Shown here piece after piece: positions 26,873 to 37,073 of a DNA stretch of 64,000 nt. Both the position numbers and the translations under genes were made by a program. Origin of the DNA: Vulcanimicrobiota bacterium. GTDB lineage: Bacteria; Vulcanimicrobiota; Xenobia; Xenobiales; JADMJV01. Within the stretch, counting starts at the first letter, position 1, and every line of letters begins with the position of its first letter. The DNA lies in assembly GCA_050250895.1 (NCBI GenBank), contig JBFWNU010000006.1:215513-279512 (forward strand), given 5' to 3'. Below the pieces are notes generated by a model. The model had not been told where the DNA came from. It was given only the letters and a program-made list of their open reading frames with translations, and did not search any database.

Positions 26873-27907
26873 TCAGTCGGGCCGCCACTCGAAGAAGCTG
26901 ACCATCTCGCGGTAGACATCCGAGTCGTTGGGCAGATTGCCGTGGTGCTTGTAGCCTTTGCCCGGCAGCAATTTGACCGGCACCCCCGGCATCTCGAGGC
27001 TGGAGGCCTCGACCATCCCGTCGCCGCCGGCCATTGGCCACCAACCGGCCGAGGCGGTGGGCAGGTCTTTGCCACCCACGATTTCGAGCGACTCGGTCTG
27101 GGCTACCTGGTGGGACCAGTGGTCGTTGAGCGCGGCCAGGTGAGGATTGTCACGACCGTCGCGGTCCGAGGCCCCCATCCATTCCATGGCCGGCAGATGA
27201 GCGGGGGTGAGCCCGGCCATGCCCATGGCCCACTGGATATCCCGGGCGATCAAGCGGGCTCCCAATTTGCCCAGGCGCGAGCCTTTGTTGCCGGTTCCCA
27301 GCAGCATGACCTTGCCCACGCGTTCGGGATACTCGTCTAGATAGACGCGGGTGGCCAGTCCTCCCATGCTATAGCCTAAGAGGTCGAGGCGTTCGCTGCC
27401 GGTGGCCTGGCGAACCGCTCGGAAGGCCCTATCGAGTTGGGGAGCCGTGCGGTCGGGCGGCGAGAGGACATCGTCGAAAACGACCACGAAGACCCTGGCC
27501 TGGGCATCGACGTGAGCGGCCGGTTGGCTGCACTCTTTGTCGACAAAGATGGAGCCGTCTTTGACATAGTAGGCGTGCCCACCGTTGCGACCGTCGCTGG
27601 TCAAGCGAGCCACCAGCGCGTCGAACTTTTCGGGGCGGGTGGTCCAACCCGGCACAATCACATAAGGACGGTCGATCAACACGTTGCCCACGTCTTGCAG
27701 GGGGGGTCGTTCGGCTTTCAGGCGGGCCGCTTCGGCCGCGCCCATCTCGTAGAGCTTGCCGGCACCCAAGATTTGGCTGACATTGACCATGTCGTCGACC
27801 CAGGGACCGAGCGGGCCGGACTCGACGGTCGATTCGCTGATGACCTGGCGTCGCACGCGGCCCGGGTCGTAGTTGTTTGTCGCGCTAGCTCGCATCGGGC
27901 TAACCAT
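26873..27907 (-). CDS. Alpha/beta hydrolase (lipase/PGAP1-like)
   Basis: IVPGW oxyanion segment, GYSMGG nucleophile elbow, GDGMV, HHGNL. Confidence 0.85.
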   Translation of the reverse strand: MVSPMRASATNNYDPGRVRRQVISESTVESGPLGPWVDDMVNVSQILGAGKLYEMGAAEAARLKAERPPLQDVGNVLIDRPYVIVPGWTTRPEKFDALVARLTSDGRNGGHAYYVKDGSIFVDKECSQPAAHVDAQARVFVVVFDDVLSPPDRTAPQLDRAFRAVRQATGSERLDLLGYSMGGLATRVYLDEYPERVGKVMLLGTGNKGSRLGKLGARLIARDIQWAMGMAGLTPAHLPAMEWMGASDRDGRDNPHLAALNDHWSHQVAQTESLEIVGGKDLPTASAGWWPMAGGDGMVEASSLEMPGVPVKLLPGKGYKHHGNLPNDSDVYREMVSFFEWRPD

Positions 27908-27952
27908 GAGACTAGCATAAGGCCAGCTCGGGACCCACTTGCTACAGCCAGG

Positions 27953-30076
27953 TTAATTGGTCGTCGCCGTCAGGGCCCGATACCTGCCTTGACTGATGAC
28001 CACCACGTAGGCTTTGCGCGCGTTGAGGTTCTTGCTGGGTGCAAAGGTGCCGCCCACCCCGGAGTAGGGCGGTCGCGTGCGCCCGAACGAATCCAGGTAG
28101 TCGCGCATGGCGTCTCGCGTCCGGCACTCGGCCAGTCCATCGACCACCAGGTTGGTGGCGTCATAGGCGTCGGCGATGACGTGGGAGGGAAACTCTTGCT
28201 CGAAGGTACGCCGATAACGGTCGATGAATTGGACCACCCGGGGGTCCCGAGAGTCGGCCGGAAAATAGCCGGAAAGGACCATCCCGTCGACGGCCTGGGC
28301 ATCTTGGCCGAGCAGTTCGGGCGTGAAGGGCACCGCCTGCGAGGCCAGAGCCACCTTGACCCCGGCTGCCCGCAGTCTGGTGGCCAGGCCGGTCACCACC
28401 GAGGGACGGAAGTCGGCGATAAAGATGAAGTCGAGGTTGCTAGCCAGGATCTCGCTCGGCTCCCAATTTTTGATCGGAGTGGAGTAGGCCTGGCTGCTCA
28501 CCAGCTCACCGCCTTTCTCCTCGAGCTGCCGCGCCATGACCCGCATCATCGACTCGGAAAGGATGATTTTGTCGTCGTAGAGGACCCCGGCCTTGAGCTT
28601 GCCTTCGGACGCGAAGTGATTCACCAGCACCTGCAATCGTCCGGTCTGGGTGTCGGCCCCCGAGAATAGATACGAGCTGGCCTCGAACACCCGCGGGTCC
28701 GAGGCCGTGGGAGCCAACAACGGGAACTTGGTGTCGCTCAGGCGGGGTACCAGGCTCAAAGCGGATTGGGAAGTGAGCGGACCGATGGCCACCAGAATCT
28801 CGGAGTCATGAGAGAATTGGTCGAAGGCGGCCTGGCAACCCTCAGAAGTAGAGTGGTCGTCGTAGACGTCAAGAATCAGGTTGCGACCCTCGACCCCGGG
28901 GCCCTGGTTGAGTTCTTGCTGGGCCAGCACGATGCCGGCCAGCATGTCCTTGCCGTTCGAGGCGTCGATGCCGGTGAGCGAGGTAACCACGGCCAGTTTG
29001 AGCGTGGGTGCGTTGACCAGGTGGGCCAGGCAGTTCTGTCTGAGCACGTGGGCTTCGGGGTCGTCCGGGTGGCGGGTGACCAGGTCGTCGAGCAGGCTGA
29101 TCGCCTCGGTCCACTTCTGTCGCTCCATCAAGCTTCGGGCCTTGATCTTCGGGTCGGATCCGATAGGATCGAAATGCAGGTCGGCCGGCAGGAAGACCAC
29201 CATGACCCCGGCCATGAAGAAGAGGGTTGCGAGAGTCATCAGCCAACCTAGCCAGGCGCGGGCCGCTGGGGCCGCTGGAGTCACCCCCTCGTCGACTCGC
29301 TGGCGGGGCGACAGGGCTTCGAGCCGGGCCGCCAGTCGCTCGGCCGCTTCGTGCGAGGTTTTGACCCTTTGATCGGGGTCAGGATTCATGAGGTCGCGGA
29401 GCAGGTCCTTGCTTGGCGCCGACAGGCTGTCCGGCAGGGGCGCCTCGGCCTGGTTACGATAGATAGCCCGGGGATGCTGGCCGGTGAAGAGAAAATATAG
29501 CGTCGCGCCCAGGCCGTAGACATCGGTGCTCTCGGTATCGGGCAGGTCCGAGCGCCATTGTTCCGGGGGGGCGTAGCCGATGGAACCGGCGCCTTCCTCG
29601 TCGGTGGCGTCGGCGGCTCGGCGAGCCAGGCCAAAATCGATCAGCTTGAGTTCACCGCTTTCGTCGACCAGCATATTGTCGGGCTTGAGGTCTCGGAACA
29701 AGACCTGCTGGGCGTGAAGATACTCGAGCACGCGGGCGATGCTCAAGCCCCATTTGAGCGATTTGACCTCTTGCGGGGGTCCGTTCTCTTCCACAAAGGC
29801 AGTGAGGGTTGGTCCGGGAACATACTCCATGACCAGAAAGAGGCCGTCCTCCTGATGGAAGTAGTCGATGATCAAGGGCAGGTTGGGGTGGCGCAGCCCG
29901 GCCAGGATCGAAGCCTCGCGCTGGAAGTCCTCCGCGCTGCCCGAATGGAGTTGCTTGACCGCCCGCTGCTGACCCCCCACCCGCCGGTCGAAGCACAGAT
30001 AGACCGAACTGGCACCGCCACGACCTAATAGACTGACCACCTCATAGCGGTCTTTGAGAACCCGCCCCCGGTCCAT
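27953..30076 (-). CDS. Ser/Thr kinase with TM, TPR and extracytoplasmic LIV-type binding domain
   Basis: LGRGG, AVK, RDLKPDN, DFG; TM segment; AIGPLTS, AYDATNL. Confidence 0.9.
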   Translation of the reverse strand: MDRGRVLKDRYEVVSLLGRGGASSVYLCFDRRVGGQQRAVKQLHSGSAEDFQREASILAGLRHPNLPLIIDYFHQEDGLFLVMEYVPGPTLTAFVEENGPPQEVKSLKWGLSIARVLEYLHAQQVLFRDLKPDNMLVDESGELKLIDFGLARRAADATDEEGAGSIGYAPPEQWRSDLPDTESTDVYGLGATLYFLFTGQHPRAIYRNQAEAPLPDSLSAPSKDLLRDLMNPDPDQRVKTSHEAAERLAARLEALSPRQRVDEGVTPAAPAARAWLGWLMTLATLFFMAGVMVVFLPADLHFDPIGSDPKIKARSLMERQKWTEAISLLDDLVTRHPDDPEAHVLRQNCLAHLVNAPTLKLAVVTSLTGIDASNGKDMLAGIVLAQQELNQGPGVEGRNLILDVYDDHSTSEGCQAAFDQFSHDSEILVAIGPLTSQSALSLVPRLSDTKFPLLAPTASDPRVFEASSYLFSGADTQTGRLQVLVNHFASEGKLKAGVLYDDKIILSESMMRVMARQLEEKGGELVSSQAYSTPIKNWEPSEILASNLDFIFIADFRPSVVTGLATRLRAAGVKVALASQAVPFTPELLGQDAQAVDGMVLSGYFPADSRDPRVVQFIDRYRRTFEQEFPSHVIADAYDATNLVVDGLAECRTRDAMRDYLDSFGRTRPPYSGVGGTFAPSKNLNARKAYVVVISQGRYRALTATTN

Positions 30077-30080
30077 CGAC

Positions 30081-31421
30081 TTAAGTCCGCGCTTCTTCGG
30101 CCACCGGCGCCTTCAGCTCGATGGTGAACTTGGCTCCGCCTTCCTCGCTTTCACCGATGGAGACGTTGCCTTGATGCTTGCGCACCACTTCCTTGCAGAT
30201 GGCCAACCCTAAGCCGGTGCCGTGGCCCACATCTTTGGTCGTGAAGAACGGCTCGAAGATACGAGCCCGGATGTCCTTGGGAATACCGGGGCCGTTATCG
30301 CTGACCTCGACTTTGATCATGTCGTCATGACAGCCGGAGCGAATCTTGATGGTGGGACGGTTCACCCCGGTGTTTCGTAGCGCATCGCGGGCGTTGACCA
30401 GCAGATTGTTGAATACGTGTGACCACTGGGTCGAGTTGGCCCTGAAGGTAGGCAGAGGAGAAAGGTCGGTCTCGATGGCGATCTCGTCTTGCGCAAAGCT
30501 TTCGCGTAGCAATTCGACGGTGTTCTCGATGACCTTGTTGAGGTCGGTCTCGGAGCGCACGAAACGCGAGAAGGTCAGGCCCTGTTCGGTTTCGACCGGG
30601 GCCCTCGAGTAGACCAGCAGCTTCTGGATGATGGCCTTGCACTTCTCCACCGCCTCTTTGACGATGTTCATGCGCTTGGCCTTGTCGGCGCTGTCCTCTT
30701 TGCGCAACAGGCTGGAGACCATGGCCAGAACCGCGCCCAGAGGAGTGTTGAGTTCGTGGGCGACACCGGCCGCCAGGCGGCCGACGCTGGCCAGATGGCT
30801 CTCTTCGCCGAGTTCGGCTTGTAGCGTCTGGATCTCTGCTCGGGCCTGGGCTTGTAGGCGCTCGATTTCCGCCTGGGCCTCGGCCAGCGCCCCCTGTCCA
30901 TAGAATCTCGGGGCCAGCACCGAGGCGGCCGTAGCCACCACATCGATCAACCCCCGCTGGGCGGCCCCCGGAGGCGCGAGCTCGTCCCAGAAGAGCAAGA
31001 GGGCTCCGCCCCCTTCATGTCCCGACCACACCGGCACGGCCATGATGAAACGCCCGCCGTGGCTGGCTTCGGTGGGCTCGCTGTTGCGATACGCCTGTTC
31101 TAGCAGGTCTTTGACCACGCCCGGTCCGGTGGCTTCGGCCGAGAGACCGGTCTGAGCCGCCCGCCGAAAGCCGCTCTCTTCACCGCCCGGCTGGAGATAG
31201 AGGGACACGCCCTGGGCGCCCGTCTCGGCAGCGCAGGTCTGACATAGACCCAGAGCCTGAGCTTCGACCTCGGTCTGCTCGGGGATCGATTGAAGAATAC
31301 GAAGCAGGCTGTCGATATGACGGTCGCGCTGGCGTAGCTGATAATAGCACGCCCACCCCCCCGCCAGCGCCAACCCCGTACTGACCGCCCAGAGCCCATA
31401 GACCAAGCTGGATGTGTCCAC
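30081..31421 (-). CDS. Sensor histidine kinase (TM, GAF-like, HisKA, HATPase)
   Basis: [36 protein letters not shown]. Confidence 0.93.
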   Translation of the reverse strand: MDTSSLVYGLWAVSTGLALAGGWACYYQLRQRDRHIDSLLRILQSIPEQTEVEAQALGLCQTCAAETGAQGVSLYLQPGGEESGFRRAAQTGLSAEATGPGVVKDLLEQAYRNSEPTEASHGGRFIMAVPVWSGHEGGGALLLFWDELAPPGAAQRGLIDVVATAASVLAPRFYGQGALAEAQAEIERLQAQARAEIQTLQAELGEESHLASVGRLAAGVAHELNTPLGAVLAMVSSLLRKEDSADKAKRMNIVKEAVEKCKAIIQKLLVYSRAPVETEQGLTFSRFVRSETDLNKVIENTVELLRESFAQDEIAIETDLSPLPTFRANSTQWSHVFNNLLVNARDALRNTGVNRPTIKIRSGCHDDMIKVEVSDNGPGIPKDIRARIFEPFFTTKDVGHGTGLGLAICKEVVRKHQGNVSIGESEEGGAKFTIELKAPVAEEART

Positions 31422-31538
31422 CGGTGGGCATTTTGCACGGCGGCGGGGGTATCCTCCCGGGGCCTGCCTCTAACCTTGAAGGACATTAGAATTCTTCAGG
31501 GAAGTCTGCGCCAAAGTAAGGGGAGGTCAGGGTGTTAC

Positions 31539-33989
31539 GTGCCTGAAAACATACTGGTAGTCGAAGACGATCCTTTGATGCTGGCAGCCCTGGAGATTCT
31601 GCTCGAGGACGAAGGTTACAACGTGACCACGGCTTCGTCGGGTCTCGAGGCGATTGAACGCGCAAAGGAAACGGAGTTCGATCTGGTGGTCAGCGATGTG
31701 CGGATGGCCGAGATGGATGGTATCGAGACCATCTCCAACGTCAAGCAACAGCAGCCTGATACCCGTTCGATCGTGATCACGGGTTACGCCAGTCCCGACG
31801 TTCCCATCCAGGCCATCAAGATGGGCGTCGACGACTATATCATGAAGCCGTTCGACGACCGCCAGTTCGTCGCCAGCGTCAAGCGCTGCCTCGAGAGTTT
31901 CAAGCTGCAGAAGGCCTACACTTCGGGTCTACAAGCCCAATGGCGCGATTTCGCCTCGATCATCAAGCTGCTTTCAGAAGGGGTAGAAGAGCGAGACCCC
32001 CACTTTGCCGGGCACTCCCGTCGAGTGGCCGAGACCTCGCTCAAAGTGGCCAGGAAATTAGGCTTTAGCCGGGACCGGCTCGAGGTGCTCGAGCTGGCCG
32101 CCTATCTGCATGACATTGGCAGTATCGGCCAAAAGAAAGCCCTGCTCGACAAGACCGCAGAGCTGGTCGAAGAAGAGGTCGGCCAGATTCAAAGCGCGGC
32201 CACCGAAAAGTCGAAGTCGCTGTTTTCTAACGTTTCTTCGCTGCGCGAAGTGTTTCGGGTCATTTTGCACCACCATGAATGGTTTGACGGCACTGGTTAT
32301 CCGGCGGGCCTCAAAGGCGAAGATATTCCGGTCGAGTCGCGCGTCCTTTGCGTAGCCGAGGCTTTCGACGCCATGACCAGCCAGCGTCCGCACCGTCCGC
32401 CTTTGGGGCACGCCGACGCCCGAGCGGTCTTGCAGAAAGAAGCCGGCACTCATTTTGACCCCCACGTGGTCAAGCAGTTCTTGGAAGCCATCCAAGATAC
32501 CGGCGACGACGAGAGTGAAGATGTCAAAGAGGTCACCCTGTCGCGCGACCGCCAGGTCGAGCTGATGCTGGGCATCGCCGGCACTTATCTGTCAGCCGGC
32601 GATCTCGAGACCGCCGGCAAAGGCTTCTCTGAGGCCGTCGACCTGTTAGGCGAAGAGGGCTCTGGTCGTCTGCGCGCCAGCGCCCTCGAGGGTCTGGCCC
32701 TGTCTTTTCTTCACCGCGGCAAGGTTGATGAGGCGCGGGGCCACGCCGAGAAAGCCCTCGAGGCTTCGGTGGGCGAAAGCCAACTGATTCGGGGCCGGGC
32801 CAAGTTGGTGCTGGGTCTGGTGCGCGGTCTTCAGGAAGAGTTCGACCAGGGTCTGGCCGACCTCGATGAGGCGGCCGAAAGCTTCGAGATCTGGGAAGCT
32901 CATCACGAAAGAGCGACCTGCTCGCTCTATCGCGGGCGGGTGCTCAAGAAGGCCGGCAAGGTCGAGGAATCGCGCGAAGCCGTGCGAGCCGCGGTGCAGC
33001 TCATCGATGACTACGAGTTAATGCAGGTGTTAAAGCAAGAACGCCATCTGGCCGTTCCTCTGTTGCTGAGCCTGGCTGGTCAGCCCGAGGACACTCCCAG
33101 TTGCGACCGCTTGCTGTTGTGGCTGGGCTGGGATGCCGTCTCGCCCTTCATCGCCGAGGTCGAACCGGGGGCCCGCGAGCGGGTGATGGAGCTGCTTTCC
33201 CCTCGCGAAGGCGCCGGCCAGAGTCAGGCTCCACCCCTGTCCCTGTATGGATTCGGCAAGTTTCGCGTCTTTGCCGGCGGCAACGAAGTTCACGACAAGC
33301 TTTGGAAGACCAGAAAATCGAAGTATCTGTTCGCCTATCTGGGTGTGCACTCGGGCCGAGACGTTCCCGACGAAAAGATCATGGATGTCTTCTGGCCTGA
33401 CCACGCTCCTGAAAAGGCGCGCCAGAGCCTTTACGCCGCCCTGTCCCACATGCGCAAAGCCCTCGAGGCTGGCGAAACGGGCGAGAACGAGCGGGTGGTC
33501 CTGGCCCGCAAAGGCTTTTATCGGTTTAACACCGACCGTCCCTGGTTCTTTGATGTGAGCGAGTTCGAGCGACTCTATGACGCCGGTCAAGCGCGCTTTC
33601 GCGACGGCCGCGAAGACGAGGCGATGATCAGCTATCAAAAGGCCGAGTCGCTTTACACCGGCGAGTTCATGGAAGGCTATTACTCCGACTGGGCCCTCTA
33701 TATTCGAGAAGAGCTGCAGATGAAGTATACCGAGATTCTCGAACGGCTCATGATGCACTTCTTCGACAAAGAGCGCTTCGAAGTGGCCTGCGACTACGCC
33801 CAACGCCTGCTCAAGATCGACAACTGTCACCAAGAGGCCCATTATACCTTGATGAAGAGCTTCGTCGAGCAGGGCAAGCCGTCGCAGGCGGCCCGCCAGT
33901 ATCAACAGTGTTCCCAGGTTTTCAAAGACGAACTCAACATGTCGGCCCCGCCCGAGATGACCGAACTCTATCTAGAAATCACGGCCTGA
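31539..33989 (+). CDS. Response regulator fusion REC-HD-GYP-TPR-wHTH/BTAD
   Basis: VVEDD, VSDVRM, MKP; HSRRVA, LHDIG, HHEWFDGTGYP; FGKFRV, DVFWP, DVSEFE, LYTGEFMEG. Confidence 0.9.
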   Translation: MPENILVVEDDPLMLAALEILLEDEGYNVTTASSGLEAIERAKETEFDLVVSDVRMAEMDGIETISNVKQQQPDTRSIVITGYASPDVPIQAIKMGVDDYIMKPFDDRQFVASVKRCLESFKLQKAYTSGLQAQWRDFASIIKLLSEGVEERDPHFAGHSRRVAETSLKVARKLGFSRDRLEVLELAAYLHDIGSIGQKKALLDKTAELVEEEVGQIQSAATEKSKSLFSNVSSLREVFRVILHHHEWFDGTGYPAGLKGEDIPVESRVLCVAEAFDAMTSQRPHRPPLGHADARAVLQKEAGTHFDPHVVKQFLEAIQDTGDDESEDVKEVTLSRDRQVELMLGIAGTYLSAGDLETAGKGFSEAVDLLGEEGSGRLRASALEGLALSFLHRGKVDEARGHAEKALEASVGESQLIRGRAKLVLGLVRGLQEEFDQGLADLDEAAESFEIWEAHHERATCSLYRGRVLKKAGKVEESREAVRAAVQLIDDYELMQVLKQERHLAVPLLLSLAGQPEDTPSCDRLLLWLGWDAVSPFIAEVEPGARERVMELLSPREGAGQSQAPPLSLYGFGKFRVFAGGNEVHDKLWKTRKSKYLFAYLGVHSGRDVPDEKIMDVFWPDHAPEKARQSLYAALSHMRKALEAGETGENERVVLARKGFYRFNTDRPWFFDVSEFERLYDAGQARFRDGREDEAMISYQKAESLYTGEFMEGYYSDWALYIREELQMKYTEILERLMMHFFDKERFEVACDYAQRLLKIDNCHQEAHYTLMKSFVEQGKPSQAARQYQQCSQVFKDELNMSAPPEMTELYLEITA

Positions 33990-33993
33990 GTCG

Positions 33994-34116
33994 CGACAGG
34001 GAGCAGCGGCTGCGCCGCTGAGATTTCGGCCGCTGGCCGACAGGGAGCGCCGACTGCGTCGGCGGGAAGGAGCCGGCGCTCCGCGCGGAGTGAGATGGTT
34101 CCGGCTGCTAGCGCTT
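33994..34116. repeat. REP-like palindromic repeats between convergent genes
   Basis: CGACAGGGAG + 7-bp stem + TGC loop at 33994 and 34038, then a further GC-rich hairpin. Confidence 0.6.
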
Positions 34117-34145
34117 TGCGCGCAGACTCAAGCCGTTCCTAACAT

Positions 34146-34215
34146 CCACCATCCACCGACTATCAACTACCGTCTACCGTCTACCGTCTACCGTCTGAAC
34201 TCTACCGTCTAACAC
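34146..34215 (-). repeat. Heptamer tandem repeat (TAGACGG)n
   Basis: CTACCGT on plus strand at 34167, 34174, 34181, 34188 and 34202, with degenerate flanking units. Confidence 0.85.
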
Positions 34216-35035
34216 TAACACGGGGCCAGCGCGCAATGAGGCTGTTGAGTTCTTCCAGCGAGCGGGCGGCGATACCTAGATAGTGGTGGCCGGCCGGCGT
34301 GGGGGGCAATTCGTGGTCGTGGGCCTCGTGGGGGCGACCTTCACTGCAGGCCTTGCAGAGCAGACGCAGTGACGTCGTCCAATCTTCGAGATAGATCTCA
34401 TGCTCGGACAAATGAGCAGCCAGGTCGTCGATGGCCCGCTCGTCGGCGGCCTCGACTTCGAGTTCATAGGTTTGGTAGGTCGAGGCTTCCAGCAGTTCCA
34501 GTTCATTGAAGATGGGGACCTCACGGCCCCGATACTGGCGATAGCCGCGGGGTTCGCCGTCATTGAGCAAAAGATCGCCGTAACGCCTTCCCGAGTCAGG
34601 CAAAGGCACGTTAACGATGCGCGCCCGCACGGGGTCCAGCCGGTCGCACCAGACCACCTCGCCACTTTCCTCAGGGTTGATGCGGATCGGCACCAGACCC
34701 AGTTCCAGGTCCCATGGACCCGGCCCGTTGGGCACTTCCAGCCCGATGGCCCGAAAGGCCATGCCGGCTTCCTCCCAGCGACCCAGGGCGACGGCCGCGA
34801 TGGCCATGTTCCAGACGGTGGGGTCGTCGTCGGGGTCGAGGCGATAGGCAGCCAGGTTGGCCTCGAGCGATTCGGCCCAGCGACGGGCGAACTTGTGAGT
34901 TAGCCCCAGATTGTAAAACGGGGTTGGCCAGTCGGGGGCCAGGCTGGTGGCACCGGTAAAAAAGTGGGCGGCCTGATCCAGCTCGCCTTGATGGAGCGCC
35001 TCGCGCCCGGCCTCGTTGAGTTCGTCAGCGGTCAT
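34202..35035 (-). CDS. TPR protein with C-terminal CxxC/His motif
   Basis: TPR-like PFYNLGLTHK, VWNMAIAA; CKACSEGRPHEAHDH; start taken as ATG 35035. Confidence 0.8.
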   Translation of the reverse strand: MTADELNEAGREALHQGELDQAAHFFTGATSLAPDWPTPFYNLGLTHKFARRWAESLEANLAAYRLDPDDDPTVWNMAIAAVALGRWEEAGMAFRAIGLEVPNGPGPWDLELGLVPIRINPEESGEVVWCDRLDPVRARIVNVPLPDSGRRYGDLLLNDGEPRGYRQYRGREVPIFNELELLEASTYQTYELEVEAADERAIDDLAAHLSEHEIYLEDWTTSLRLLCKACSEGRPHEAHDHELPPTPAGHHYLGIAARSLEELNSLIARWPRVSVRR

Positions 35036-35107
35036 GCTGGATTCTTGAAGGTGGAAGGTTAACTTTCCTGTAACCGCTGGTCCCGCCACGGTGACCACAA
35101 TACCAGG

Positions 35108-36976
35108 GTGAGTTCTTCGGTCGCTCTCAACGACGCCGTCCGCGCCTACGGCCAGCCCAGCGCCCGCTACCGGCAAGTCTTCAACCAGACAGCCGAAAAG
35201 ATGGGCCATCCTTTCCGTTGGCTCGAAGACGAGCAAAATCCCAATGCCATCGATCCCGGCGAATTGGCCATTGGCGACGGTTTTCGTCCCAGCGAGTTCG
35301 ACGCCGAGTTGCGGAGCAACCTGACCGATGTGCTCAAAGCGGTCGAGACCCACCGCCTGGCGGTGGTAGAGAAAAGCGCCTTGCACCATCGGCGCATCCC
35401 CTTTCGGGCGCCGCTCGAGTCGCTGAGCCCGGTCGAGCGCCGCGCCGTCGAGATGCTGGCTCGGCGGGTGAAGCCTATTCTCAGTCGGCTCGAGGCGCTG
35501 CAGAACGACCCGGCCGCCCGGGAAGAAGAGGCCTGGATGGCTCAGCACGGCGACTTCTATTCGCGCCAGCTTTTTGGTCGTTATCATCGCGACCAGTTGG
35601 CCGGGCCGGCCGCCCACGACCCCACCGCCAGTCTGTTTCCGTTTTTTCCCGATCAGCCCGAGCTCAACGCGATGATCGGGCCCGGTATCAGTCTTGAGGA
35701 TTTTCGTCAGATGGCCGCCGAACTGCCGCGCGGAGCCGACGAGTTGAGACCCACCACGGCTTTGTATCGCAACGCTGAGGGTGGCATCGCCACCCGGGCC
35801 TGGCAGGGCGATCCGGCGGTGGCCGAAGACCACCAGCGGCTGGCCAAAGAGCTTGACCAGGTAGCCCGTCTCGAGGTCGAAGGGCAAGCGCTCGAGCCCG
35901 CCCTGCGCAAGCAGCTGCATGCCTGGGCCAGATTCTTTCGTTATGGCTCGCGCCAGGCCGAACAAGAAGCTGCCCAGGCCACCATCGACGCCGGCGATGC
36001 CCCGGGGCTCTTGCGTCTCCACCTCGGCCCCAGCGAATCCTATTGGCCCGATAACACCAAGTTCCCGTATTTGATGCAGGTGGGCATTCGCGAGCCGGAG
36101 ATGGGCGAACGGATGAAGGCCTGGCAGGGAGCCTTCCTACCGGTCGAGCAGTCGCTATCCGACGTTCCTCACTACCGACCTCGCCAGCTTTCCTTGCGGG
36201 GAGGCTTTGCCGAGCCGATGTTTCAGGCCGTCACGGGAGGTTTCGTCGAAACCTACTCGGGTCGCGAGCCTCGCGGCAATAACTTTCCCAACTACGACTA
36301 CGGAGTGGAAGGCAGCAATCGCTTTATCCTGATGGAAACGCTGCCACCCCTGGTCGAGCAGAGCCGTCAGGTCCTCGATACCGTGCTGGCTCGCCAGGTG
36401 ACCACCCAAGAATTCGATTCGAACGTGGTGCTGTTCGCCTGCGGCCACGAGTCAGGGCATCTGATCGGTCCTCAGCGTGACCACCTGACGCCCCGGGGCA
36501 AACTGGGGGCCGTGTTCGGCTCGCACTGGGCCGAAGCCGAAGAGCCCAAGGCCGATCTGACTGCCCTGGAGATGGTCGACCATCGCTTTCGGAGCGGCGA
36601 GATCGATCGGTCCACCCGAGATGGCATTCTGACCTCGAGCCTGGGTTACATGTTGACGCTCTATCCCGGGCTGGCGGCCTTTGAACAAGAACCGGTGGCC
36701 CCTCACCGCTTTGGCTATGCTCTCGAGTTGGGTTGCTATCTCGCGTCGGGGGCACTGGCCCTGGAGGGCGACCACTTGACCGTGAATTACGACCTGATGG
36801 CCGCCACCTCTCATGAACTCTGGCGTCGCCTGATAGCGTTCCAGGCGGCCGGCCAGGTCGAGGAGTTTCGCGAGTTCGCCCGGGCCAGGATCCGGGCTAT
36901 CCCGGCCGAGGTTGACCGCCTCATCCGCCAAGCTCAGGGCATGGACCCGGACTACTACGTCGAGCGCTATCTCTAG
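35108..36976 (+). CDS. Peptidase M49 (DPP III-like) family protein
   Basis: GNNFPN, GHESGH (HExxH) and EEPKAD second zinc motif. Confidence 0.75.
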   Translation: MSSSVALNDAVRAYGQPSARYRQVFNQTAEKMGHPFRWLEDEQNPNAIDPGELAIGDGFRPSEFDAELRSNLTDVLKAVETHRLAVVEKSALHHRRIPFRAPLESLSPVERRAVEMLARRVKPILSRLEALQNDPAAREEEAWMAQHGDFYSRQLFGRYHRDQLAGPAAHDPTASLFPFFPDQPELNAMIGPGISLEDFRQMAAELPRGADELRPTTALYRNAEGGIATRAWQGDPAVAEDHQRLAKELDQVARLEVEGQALEPALRKQLHAWARFFRYGSRQAEQEAAQATIDAGDAPGLLRLHLGPSESYWPDNTKFPYLMQVGIREPEMGERMKAWQGAFLPVEQSLSDVPHYRPRQLSLRGGFAEPMFQAVTGGFVETYSGREPRGNNFPNYDYGVEGSNRFILMETLPPLVEQSRQVLDTVLARQVTTQEFDSNVVLFACGHESGHLIGPQRDHLTPRGKLGAVFGSHWAEAEEPKADLTALEMVDHRFRSGEIDRSTRDGILTSSLGYMLTLYPGLAAFEQEPVAPHRFGYALELGCYLASGALALEGDHLTVNYDLMAATSHELWRRLIAFQAAGQVEEFREFARARIRAIPAEVDRLIRQAQGMDPDYYVERYL

Positions 36977-37073
36977 CCTACAGGGGCTGGAGGGGGAATC
37001 TGCTCCCTCTCGAATCCCTTCCATGGACCAATTGTTATAGGTGCAGTGGTAACGGCATCAAACGATTGGCAGC

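Noticed and set aside
35036-36022. N-terminal extension of ORF 34202..36022
   Set aside because: Antisense to the M49 peptidase; TPR-like sequence starts at ATG 35035
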